Source of the DNA: Takakia lepidozioides
Lineage: Eukaryota > Plantae > Bryophyta
Reading direction: 5' to 3'
DNA: 64,000 bases
Assembly: GCA_030704615.1 (NCBI GenBank)
Contig: CM060731.1
Span: forward strand, 87,606,001-87,670,000
The notes under the pieces: model-generated
Databases searched by the model: none
What the model saw: the letters and a program-made list of their open reading frames with translations, nothing else
Told to the model about the DNA's origin: nothing
Translations under genes and position numbers: made by a program
Shown here: in pieces, positions 1 to 12,700 of the stretch
How positions within the stretch are numbered: position 1 is the stretch's first letter
Layout: each line of letters opens with the position of its first letter

Positions 1-761
1 AATGAGGAACAGGGTAGGCTGACTTGAGGGGCTGAAGCATGATGCTTGAGCGCAAAGAACCCCACAAAACAAATTGGAAGTACAAAATCTCTTTGTCCAA
101 CATTTGTGAATAAGGTTATTTCAGGCGCGATCCTAATAACAGACTCCAATAGAAAGTAAAAAAAATGTTGAGGAATGGAACAACACGAGACTGAAGCACT
201 CAAAAACTACACAAAACAAATTGAAGTAGAATTGTGACCTATTGCTCCCAAGTTTCATTTTAAGACAAAAACAATTAAGATATAGAAAAGTTTTTTTGGC
301 CAATATTAATTAATGAGGTTATCTCATGCAAAATCTCTGGTCTTTCATTTATTTATTTATATCCACAGTAATTTGAAAAAAAGAAAAACTTGGAAACACA
401 CCTATTAATGTGGCCCACATTAATCTACCACGGGCACACTAATTGGGGACCCACACTAGATGTTGTATTTGGTGTAGTTGTGTGTGATATTTTTTCCCCC
501 TTGGGCAGTGCTCAACACCCACGGCAAGGGTAGCTTTTCCTCACATTGTAAGTAAGGAGCTTGATTTTTAAGGGTTGTGCCCCACTGATGTTTCTCTTTT
601 TCTTAAATTCAGTGTAATGAATGGCTTACAATGGATCACCCAATGATTGTTGCTATGCAACTAGTCATGTCACAAATATGACAAGACACGCACCCGCACA
701 CCCAGACACATTCTTTATGATTGTTTGTCATGGATGCTAAAACAGTGCATGCAACAAAGAC

Positions 762-3700
762 CTTTAGTTTTTGAATGGTAGACTTGATTTGAACAAGAGG
801 AGATAAATCAGAGATGACATTGCCTTTCTCAACCATTAGTTGCTGCACACACACACACACACACACGTATAGGGTCAAGGGTAGATTTCATTGTAAGCAT
901 AATCATGGATGGACACGAGTTTTTTTGGTGAAAAGTATGTGTGGCCTCGTCTTAATGAGGCCACAAGGGGCAGAGGCGACAGTGACCTGACAGCGGGCCC
1001 CACTACATTTAAACCCTCCATATTGCTATATTTTTGTTGTATTTTTAGTAAACGATTGGAGTGTGGCAAGAATTCGGGATGTAGCTTGGTGGAAGGATAA
1101 TGCTGATGTTGTCACGGGGTTGGAGGGTTCAATCCTAAATAGGCTGGTCTGTGCTGATATTAACTATCTCCATGGAGGTAGTTTGTCTTTATTTGCATGA
1201 AGGTAGTTCATCACGTTTTTACAATTACCTTCATGCAGGTAGTTACATGACTTTGTGCATGAAGGTAGTCATATATTTTCTAAGCCAAAAAAATTCTAAG
1301 TCCTCGAGGCATGTAGGTAGTTGGAGCCTATGTTAGTGAGGTGGCGGGCCCCACTGCCCAACCAGCCTCATTACGAGGAGGCCACATAAAATTCAGAGGC
1401 GTTTAAACTTCTAGATGGAATAGTAGAGGGCATTGGGAAAGTATATATGTAACGAAACCTTGACTTGCTCAAGCTGTTCAAAGACATGCGCCAGGTCATT
1501 GGTCAACTCCGTCACTCTTTCTAGACTCGTGTTGTATCTCTACATCCACCATATATTTAAATATATATAAGTAAAAGAACTACACCTTGAAAATTAATTT
1601 TGGTTGGTTGTAGTCCATATGTTAAGGTCTTCACATCCACAACATGTCTATAAAGTATACATTGATTAAAGAGTAATGGACAAAGTATAGAGGTCGGATG
1701 TATTTTTTAGGAGGGGATTCAATGGAGATGAATTTGAGATGGGTGAATTTGGTGGAGGAGTTGCATGACACATTTGTGTAATATATTTATATGCTTGGGT
1801 GCAAGGGGAGAGATGGTGTTAACCTCATGGATATCCAAGAGTCGTGCTTTAATAGTCGCATATTCCATGGCCTGTAGTACAAATTAATGAGATTTATGTA
1901 AAACTTCATACTTATTGCATTTTGTCAAGTTCCAATAAACAAATGCCCAAGTAAACATAAGATTTTTATTTTATATCAAATTACTGGATATTATTACACA
2001 AGATTGTTCACCAGGCCAATTTGAACTTTTTTCAACTGTAACATATGTAAAAATAAAGTAGAATAAAGTTTGGTTAGCATCCAATGGATTTTATAGAGAT
2101 ATTGTCGTGGAGGGGCAAATGTTGAAGGATTGAACCCAATATCACCTTGGTTATACACAAGGAAGGCACAAAATAAATAAATAAAACTCGCAATTTTGTT
2201 GTTTGTACATTAAGAAATAAAACTCTTGCCAAAGCAAGCGTAATTTATGGTGTCACTTCAACCCAAAGGGCTCCTGCCTTTGGTTTGGAAGGTGGGCACA
2301 TTTTTACGGCCGTAACTGGGACAACGTGCTTGCCCAACTCTCCCCCAATGATTTGAAAGTCCCAAGCTAGTACCCACATATTAAGTAATCAGTTGACCCT
2401 GTTACCCTCATTTACAGCTAGGTTGGCCAGAATGGGTGTCAACATCCAACATACACCTATGTAGCTTTGAACCCACAACCACTTCTTTGGCCTTGTGCCC
2501 CTATCGCTAGGCCATCTGTTGGATGCTTTGTTGTACATTATATTTTGTGTAAGGATTTTGCAGGTATATTGCTAAAGAATTGAGAAGAGATGTGAATTTA
2601 CATTTTGGAATAATAGATTGATCATTTGTGTAATCACATGTAAAGAGGTATTGAAAGAATAGCATCAAACCAAAGGCTCAAGTTGAACATTTATAAACTT
2701 CTCACAGCTTTCGAGTTTATCCAATGCTGATGACACGTCCTCCTCAACCCTGTAATACCAAACAAGCAGATTTAAAGTTTTTTCTCGTTTTATGGAACGT
2801 ACATAGATGAATTGATGAGCCTGGATTAAACAAAAATAAATTAATAGTACTTTATGAATAAAACATCACCTTTCAAGCTGAGCAATATTACTTCCAAGAC
2901 TTGTTGATATCTCCTATGCCCCAATGCAAAATGAACAAGATTAAATATGTTGAAATGTTTCAGAATAATAAAGGAATATTATCTCAATGTATAAGTCTTT
3001 CTGGCTGCTTGTTTCTACCAAATATTGTTTGCATTAGAGTTATTCGTAAAGTGAGCCTGAGTCTGGTACCCAGTTTGGACCCGAGTTTCTCATTTCATAC
3101 TGCGTTTGAGTAAATCCGCAAAGTTCAGAAAAATGGACACGAGGTCAGAAAAGAGGGCACCAAATCAAAAATTGGGGATGATGGCGCGAGCTCGTGAGCT
3201 TTGACTGTCTCCGCCTCGACAAGGAACAAAACTCGGGTCCAAACTCCTGCCATGACCATTTCCCTATGTCCTGGCAGTTTGGTCCCGTGCTTTTCTCTAA
3301 GGGTACCCTCATGTCCGAGTTTTGAGTTCTCATGCCCAGTTTTGGCCAAACTGAGGGTTCTCTCTATTGTCATGATGTAATATGTATTTGTATCTAAATT
3401 ACATATGTTTGATTTTACTTTTAAATCTTCTTTTCAATAATACTTTGTAATGTATACGTACCCTATGCACCTTTTGGGCTTGCTCCAAATGTGCACGCCA
3501 ATCCTTCCCATCTGCAATCTATAACAAGAAGATTACGTAACTAAGTAATATATATAGACCTGATCATGTGAAAACAATGATTACATATTTGCTTTTAGCT
3601 TTGTCATATGTATGATTGGAGTTGATCCCAATGAATTTTATCCATTGCATTGATAATGAATAAAAGTAAAATTAAAAGCTCCTACCAAAGCTCATTAAGT

Positions 3701-6700
3701 ATGGTGTCCCTTCTCCCTAAAAGAGGCTATCTCCATTTGAAAGGTGGACACGTGGACACCTTCATAATCAGAACCTTCCTCAATTGAAAGCCATTTCTTA
3801 TATATATATATAACACTTTAGAATGTAGGTTAATCGACATACCACAGATATGCGAAGTTGGGGGGCAATTCGTTCTAGCTCTAGTTTCCATTTGTTGGGA
3901 TCCACTCTCATATCGAGGGTAATTAATCTGTATCACCTAGAGATCTACTGTTAAGTATTAAATTGTCATAAAAATTAGGGTCTATTGACTAGTGTATAGA
4001 CTAGATGGTGATAATGACGATGATGATTTCGAATAGATATAAAGCAGTTTGCTTGAGATTTAAAAAAAAAAATTAATATGTATATATGTTATATTAAGCA
4101 CATATATATGTAAGAGATGATAAGATATATATCATTGTTTGAAAACTTATTCCTGTAGTAGATATACTGATCAGCCTTACTCATTAAAAAGAAAATGTAC
4201 ATACTGTTCATCTAGTCCCTTGCATGAAATATCTGAAACTTGTGGGCTCGTTATTGCATCAAAATAAGGCTCTTGATCTGTATCGCCAATATTTGGGATA
4301 TACATCTGCAATATCATTATTGATTGGTTTCAAGCAATGAGTGCAAATTGGTTTTTCGTAAATGTGACTGATTTCATAGACCACTATAAAATATCATCCG
4401 TGGCAATATGTGTGATTTATTATGAACTCAATATGAGTCCATGGTAAATATTATGGTCTTCATGTCATTGAATAAAACAACATCAATTCATTTATATCTT
4501 ATTTTCATGCATATATAAGTCCATGGCAAAATATTTGGTCTTGTCATTGAATAAATAACACGATATATTTACATTTTTTCTTCTTTCTTTCTATCCATGG
4601 ATGATAATAACCTCATGTGGAGTTTCACTGAGAATTGCTTCTTCAAATCCTTGTGCGTGAAATGTACATAATCTACATGACAAGGTTTTGAAATTTTTCA
4701 TATATACAATAATAGTTTTTATTAACTAGATATATCTATAGATGTTGAATATGATTATAGTTATTTTACGATCGATTTTTTACTATATTTTACAATGTTT
4801 ATAGTCAAACATAATACAGACATAGTGTATCCTTATTATTGTTATTATCCTATCTGCATGTATATATAAAGAGCGAGGAATCATACGAGTAATTAGGCAA
4901 TAAAAACTCAAATTTCTTTGCCTCCAATGCCAAGCTACCAAGCGTATCCACCACACTACATACCGCATCCCCATAACCCTGAAAATGGAGACAATTGAGA
5001 TATGTATTGTCATTATATCTCATGTTTTTACTAGACTCTTAATATGTCATTAACCGACCAACCGCCCATCGATTCTATGCAAAGTTCTTGATCCTTAATA
5101 TTGGGCCTTTTTATACCCCTGAATGTTTTTGGTGCGTGGCCTATCTTAGCAAAGCAAATCACAACAATTTCAGCCATATGTTAATATAGGCATTTGCAGT
5201 CTCTCGGAGTTGAACCGGTGACTTCTACCACATGAAGTTATGAAAAAATATAAGATTTTAGTATGACAATTATTTAGGCCCATGACCATGGGTTGTGCTA
5301 ACGCGCGCGTGAGCATGCTCACCGCTGTGCTAGGTGACTATGAGGACTTAGTATTTTTTTGATGCGGTCAGCGTCAGTGGACTTCTTTGATGGTGGTGTT
5401 TGGCCACTCGTGTTTATTAGTGTGCCCTAGCATGTTGTTGTTGGTTCTAATAATGAGTGCAGCAATTTGTGTGCCTTTCAAATTGAAAGCGGGTGTTCAA
5501 GGTCTCGGCCACGGGAACGCAGCTTGATGGTGTAGTTTTGTATTGTGTATCACTAAGTTTGTAAGACACCATCCGAGGATTGAGGACGTGGATTGGGATA
5601 AGTTTATCATTGTTAGAAGGCTGATTGCACCTGTACAGTGAAGTATCATCCGTCAAGCCATCTCTCTCATTGTCTCTATCTCTTCTATATCCTTCCTCAT
5701 AGCTGACAGCTTGTCCGCCCCTCCTCACTGGACTCATAGGCATGCTCAAATGCTCTGACAATTTCCTATGCGATATACGCCTCATGACCTATATTCATTT
5801 CTTTTAAAGACAAACTCTTGTGCTATATCATTGGCCTTGGCCTTGCAATCCAGGCTAAACTCCAATTGAAGGGACTCCCTTCTCTTTTCTTGTGATTTCT
5901 TTTATAGGGCCCACCCTTGAAAAGGGGCAGTAGCTGTATGGCGAAGTGGCTCTTAGTTACGCCAGCTTTGGCTGGAGTCTTCTCTCCTTGATTTCTTTCA
6001 TTGTCTCATTTCTTGCTAGTCTTTGCCCATCGTGTTTGCCCTTAATTGGGGCAATCCTTCCAATCTGTCTGTATGGTGTTTATTGTAGGTGGTGATGTGA
6101 TTGCATACACTATTCTCTTACAACTTTACGCTTTCTGAGTATGCAGGTTGAGATAATTAGGTGGGTTCTCCATTGTGGTGATCAAGCAATGTTCTTCACC
6201 AGCATTTGATTTTCCTCCCTTCCCCCTTCTCTCTATTGTAAGCTTGCAAACATTCTTTTATCTTCTGTTTGCTGTCGGCCTCATTGCCTCTATGACTTCT
6301 TGGGGTGATTCACGAAAGAGAGGTAAAAGAAGGAGCCTATCTCCTGGTGCAAGAGGGAAAGGTAGGGGCTGATCTACCATGAAACTTACTCCTATGGAAG
6401 CCTACTTAGGTGCTTTGATACTTGGCAAAGGTCCCTCCCAATCACCCGTTTCTCCAGTGGGATCAAAAATGGTTCTTTGGGATGAGGCGGTGGCACTAGT
6501 AAGCATTCCTCAGCCTGCCCTATCCCTTAACATAGATAAAGTCATGTCTTAGTCTCACAAATTCTCACAGCAAGGGATCTTGCTTTACTTTCTTGGAAGG
6601 ATCAAAGCTTGAATATGGGTGAGAAGATGGGTGGTAAAGCTAGCACTTGGATGCTGAAGGTGGCTTGACTGATCGTCACTTTTGCCTCGCTATGGATAGG

Positions 6701-9700
6701 AGACTCTACGCAATCGTGTTTAGCTCTCTTGACGAGGCAGTGAAGGCTATGAAATTCAATCCGCTCGAGTCACACTGCAAGGTACATATCTTCCTGTGGT
6801 CTCGGATTGGGGTCACAGGGAAGGTGTCACTTGTAAGCTCCGTGTGAATGCTATTTTTTGCTTATCTGGAAACCACCTCAACTCTCTGTGTGAGATTGGT
6901 GTTAGTTTTGGAATACTCATTGGCTCCATTAATGTTTATTATCCAAGGGAAGAAGTGGTTATCAGTATAAATAAGCTCAAAGGTCTTCTACGTTTTGTAA
7001 TCTTCAAAAATTCATATATGATGCTTAACAGGTTTGAAAAAGAAAGTATGAAGTAAAGATGTAGGGACATCATTTTTTAAAGAAAAATGGGAGAGAATGT
7101 ACACGTGGGCAGTCACTATATAGATACGTCGGTGTCGATCGGACCATGATAGATAGGTATATAGGAGCATTGATTTTGTATAGCATCAGCGAAACAGTCA
7201 AGAATGGTCAGGAAGAGGAACATGAAGGTCTAATGTGTCATTGAGATCCACAATGTTATCAAAATATCTGTAACTATGACTAAAATCTGGTTGGAAAAAA
7301 ATTTGTGCAATATTAGGAGTTTGTGTTTCCTTTGGAAGCAACATACTATGCAATAACGCTTCACATTTGTTCCGGTGCATGCTGTGTTGTAAAAATGTTC
7401 TTGATGCATAATATTTTGCAGATTTTAGCATGGATGATAAACACCCTACAAAATAGCGAAGAATTTTCCGGATCCTTGATAAATGCAATACATAAAAGCA
7501 CGTTCAAATACATTGGAAGAAGTGAAACAAACGTGTTTTTTAGTTCCGCATTGTTGTACAATGCATATAAATTTTTCCCTTCCTCCCTATCCTCTGCAGT
7601 TACATTTTAACTAAAAATGTGGTTGTTCAAATTCTTTCAAATACAATAGCCAAGCATACATTTCCAAGTATGTAGATGAACTTGTTTTAATTTGTCCTGA
7701 AGCAAAATCTCTAATTTGATACCAATTCACCTCCTTATTTTCCTTATCAATTGGCATGAGCCCATGTGGGCCATGTCATTCCACTAAACGCACGAGTCAG
7801 AAACTCTAGTGCAAATATGCCGCTCTTGCCCTAGGTCAAATTCTTTGAGAAGTTGTTGACGTCGTCGATTAGCACAGATTTTGGAAAGAGTTGATCAAAG
7901 AACAATCTAGGGTTTTCTCCCCTCAGTCATCATACCCTAATGGATCTTATACACAATGGATTTAACGCTAATGGGTTTTCCCTCAAAACTAGTGAGCAAC
8001 GAGATTTCTAAATCCGCCAAAGAGCATGCACTCTCAAGCAAGCCTAGACATAACAAGAAATATAAAATTGCCTTACTTGGAAGTTTAGCAACAAAAGGAG
8101 ATGGAAGTCCCATTGCCGAGAAATGGACCAGCAGGAATAAAATGAGAGAATGAGAAGCCAAGCTCTATTGGTTGATGGGCAATCAATTAGACAGTGATCA
8201 ATAGATTCAGAGGAGCCCTGACAAGAACAACAAGTAGAGTTCTGGAGGAAATTTTAACCAAAAGAACCCACAAAATTTTGCAGATCTGTCTTTCTACCAT
8301 ATGTCTTTCCAAACTCCTTAGTTCTTGGGACCAAAAGTGACCTCCATTCTGTCTGCCATTTCATAGAGAATGAGTGTGGAGGCCTTAGCAAGACATACAC
8401 GATTTTGGTGTACTTCCACTTGTCATCCTTGACCATTCCCCCGAGTTGAATTGGATTTGGGCCAAAGGGGTTAAGAGAAATAATTTTTTTTTGGAATGGA
8501 TGGCCCAAGGAAGTTGCCCCCCAAATGGAGAAACTAGATTGGGAACATTGGAGTTGAGGTCAAATGTATGAATTTCAAAGCGGTTAGTTGTCTGGGACTA
8601 GACATGCCCGCAAACCAGTGGTTTGTCAGATTCTGACACCTTGAACCCTATCCCCAACACATAACTATCAACAATAGATAAGACAAGCGTAACATTACAG
8701 GGGGAGCCAATGAGACATTCCAACCAAGGTGGAGCTTGCTAATTATCCTTGTCTGCCACAAAAAGAGCGTAGATATAAGCAGGGATATTGCCAACAATTA
8801 AAGGCCACGACCTGGAGGTTTTGGCCTGCCAATGAAAGGAGCCACCTCATGAGCAAAGATAAATGCACCATTATCCCAAATGTGAGTTATGTGGGAGGGA
8901 CCAGCCACTTCCCACAGTGCCCATTTGGGAGCTGAAAACACCAGGTGCTCTAAGTCCAAGTTCAGATTGCCAAAGAGGGGATGATTGAGAGCTTCTGCAA
9001 ATGCGGCCACTATTCTTAGAGTCAAAGTAGGTCGTAGAGCCAACCATGTAGCCCAAATTAATTTCTTGGCTTGCAATTCATGTGCAGAAGGCCTAAAATC
9101 TCCAACGAAGAAAGGGACCTACCTTGAAGAAGTGGGGATCATAGCCATCAGATAGGGGCAAATAATTTTGCACCAAAGATTATTCGAATGCAGAAAGGAG
9201 CGAGAAATCCATTTGGCCAATAGAACTTGAAGTTCCGCTTCAGGATCAGAATTCCTAGGCCCCCATTGGATTTGGACTGACCAAGCTGATTCTAGGAAAC
9301 AAGGCCCGTTTCTTGGGGGAAGCAGACAAGGCACCGCAAAAAAAATTGCGCATAAGCGCTATAATGCTCATGATGAGCTTTGAGCGAGGAGCCCACACCA
9401 CTGCGAAGAACCAAACTGAGGCTAATAGAACCTGGTTGAGAACCAAGGCCCTAGCTACAATAGAGAGCATGGCAGAGCTCCAGAATGAGAACTTCTTCTT
9501 AAGGTTCCAAGCCCACTTCTATGGTTGGTCATTGGAGAAAACTTTCTTAGTATGGCAAATGACATTCTTCTCAAAGAATTGATGTCTTCACAACTCTTTG
9601 AGAGGATCGTCACCCTGCTTTTCAAAAAAGGTAACAAAGAGATTGTTTCCAATTACAGACCAATTACTTTGTGAATGTCTCAAACAAGATCATTGCCAAA

Positions 9701-12700
9701 ACTTTGTCGAGCTCCGCCTGCAACCTCTTTTACCAAAATTTGTCTAGGCTGATCAGATGTAATTTATTAAACATAATGATTCTTGATAATATCTTGTTTA
9801 CCAATGAGTCTTTCTTCACAACGGGCAAGGTCAATCAACCTTTGGTTTTTTTTATGTTAGACTAAAAAAATGCCTTTGATTCTATTGATTGCACATGGCT
9901 ATCTTTCTTCATAAGGCTGACATTGAAGGTTTCTTCCTGACTTGGTCAAGATTTTCCTCTCATCGGCTTCAACCAAAGTCATGGTGAACGGGGTTCTCCC
10001 TCCCTTATTTCCTCCCTTCTATTCTACAAAAAAAGGTTGTCCTTTGGCTCATTTCCTCTTCTTTATTGCTATTGATGGTATAGGTCACTTGCTTGATTCT
10101 AGAACTGATATTGTTGGTCTTCACCTCTCTCATTCTAATTGTGGAGATTCAAATAGTATCCAAATTTATATGTATGCTAACGATATAGTTTTGCTTCCTG
10201 ATAATTCTCATGCTAGCAATATCAACACTCAAGTTTTTCAAGCTTGGAACTCTTTTTGCTTGGCTTCAAGGCTTAAAGTGATTTGGTTGAATCGTTTGAC
10301 TTATGATTTCCAAATTGGCAGATGAATATGTAGCATCATATTGTCCTCTTTGGGATCAAAATTTGGGACTCCAATGCGTTGTGGATGGTCATTCTCACAC
10401 TCTTATGGGTCACCATATGGACTATGAGCAGAGGCTCAACTTGAAGAACTCCCTAGCATCCCATCCAGTCTGGAGTTTCCAAGATGCAGAGTTTATCAAC
10501 CGCCTTACCAAGTTCTTACATAGAGAAGGGGGAATCCAAATCTTGGATGTCGGCCTGTGAGAGTTTGCGAGGTAGGCTATTCAAAACTAGAGATTTGGAA
10601 GACCTGGAGAGATGAGATATTATTGGGTTTTTGTAAAGATGGACCCAAAATCATTGTTGCTATCTTAGCAATCTCTCTCGAGTTGGAGACAATCCAAGAA
10701 TTATCCTTCAACAAGTACAATAACAGTACAGCTAACATCCTTTGTCTTGCCTTGATAAATAAACATTTTATCATTTGTTCCGCTCCAAAGACTAGTTAAT
10801 CCCAATTTCAAGCTTAAGCGCTTTTTCCTTTGAATTGCGAACCTAGTTGAGGTTATGCTTAGCTCACTTGTAGGAAAGTATAGTTTGAGGCCCTTCTTGG
10901 TTAGATTCCATAAGCATCTGACAGACATTAAGACACTTAACCAAAGATTTTTTCTCTATGTGCTGATTCTTCACCATGCATGATTACGGGAAAGATCTTG
11001 GCTAAGATCCCTACCAACTTGCAACTTTAAAAAGAATTTCAATGTAGGGGAAGTGACCCCATGAGCCACATTCATCCAAACAGCCTCTAACTACTCTAAG
11101 TGTGTCAAGTACTTAAAGATTGTTGGATTCAACTTGAAGTAGCCATGATCCTTAACTCTGGAACCCGAAAGGATGGAACAAAATGGAAATCCCTACATGA
11201 TCAAATTCTGGAGGAATTGGACCAAATGGGCATTTCTTAGCCAAGGGAAGAATGAAAGAAGAACAATCAAACTTGTCAAGTATAGCAAAGCTAGCGTTGG
11301 CGGGTCTCTAGACCAAGAAAAAAAAACCCACCAAGTTCTTGTTCTTAGGGTGAGGCATCTTCCAATCTAATGGCTAACAGAGCCAGTCCCAAACATTTCT
11401 TTCTGTAATAGAGATATTGGTTAGCAGACTTGGAACCAAAATGATTAGAAATGTGATGTACCATATTGAAGTCTCCTCCTAAATTCGAGTGAGCAATCTT
11501 CGGAGGCCCAACATTTTTTGTCTAAATATAAGGTCCCAAAATTGGATTTCCTCTTCGTAATTTGCCCAAGAGCATAAGAAAAAAAGTATGACGCCTCTCG
11601 AAGGGAGCGTAATTTATGGTGTCACTTGACCCCGAAGGGCTACTGCCTTCCAGCAGGAAGGTTGACACCTTCATGACACACCAGATGGTGGTTTGAACCC
11701 ACAACCACATCCAACGTGGTATGTGCCCATTACCACTGGGCTACATGCTGGTTGTCCCCAAGAGCATAAATTTTGATCAAACCAATCGAACATAGAGGAC
11801 ATGAAGGCGCATTGGACTCTACCTTGGACCCAAATCTCAATACCAAGGAAAGATGAGAAGAGTCGATCAGAAAGGGATATGAATATGGCAAGCTCGGGAA
11901 TCAATAACCATGGGATTCCAGCTTGAGCTGCAAATGAGGGCAATAGTGAGTTATCAATAGAAACAACCTTGCGAGAGTTGAGTTTGTATTCTTGCGGAAA
12001 AAAAAAAACTAGGGTGCTTGCTCAAAAATTGCGAAGCGTCCCAACACCTGATCCTAGCATGTTTCGGGCCAGATGCTTTTGAACCGATCCCTCTAATGTT
12101 CCAGCTATTGATTGCAAAATTCATGGAGGTAAGCAATAGGACCTTTGGAAAACCCATGATTTGATGGCTAGAGTGGGGAAAATTTGAATTTCGTCTTTTT
12201 CTCAGAAAGCGGGAGGGAGAATTTCCATTTGAAACCCACATGAGGTGAAATGAAACTAGAGAGACATAGAATGCAAAAAAGAAAAGACCCTTATTGTCTC
12301 TTATGGTCTCTTTGCAAGGAGAACCAACTCTTTTTGCGGATCAAGCAGGAGGAAAGAGCAAATGAGAGATCAATTTGAAGAGCACTTGCAGAGAGAAATA
12401 AGAGTAGAATAATTGATAACAATAGACAATAGATCCAACCCCCCGTATCTGGGGAGAATTTTCGATGGGTACGATGAGGACAAAAAGACTGAGACCCAAC
12501 AATGCTTTGAATTAAGATCAATTGCCAAACAAACAAAGAGGGGAGAAGCATACATACCGCTCGGGGGCAGAATTGATAGTCTCCTCTGCAGAGCAAAGCT
12601 CAAAGATGGGTCCACCTGCTGCATTGGGGAGAGGGGCATGTCTAGCATCTTGCCCAAGCGAAACTACCCCAACCTGTCGGGTGGATCTCGAAACAGCCGC

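Noticed and set aside
5631-5702. AG..GT-bounded segment YEEGYRRDRDNERDGLTDDTSLY as an IFT57 exon
   Set aside because: Lies in a phase-0 intron where it would read CTA TGA (stop); the flanking exons join correctly without it
7100-7230. ILDCFADA resembling animal IFT57 VLDCFAEE
   Set aside because: The true exon (GYGDAVC.., 4978-4887) accounts for this region; chance match
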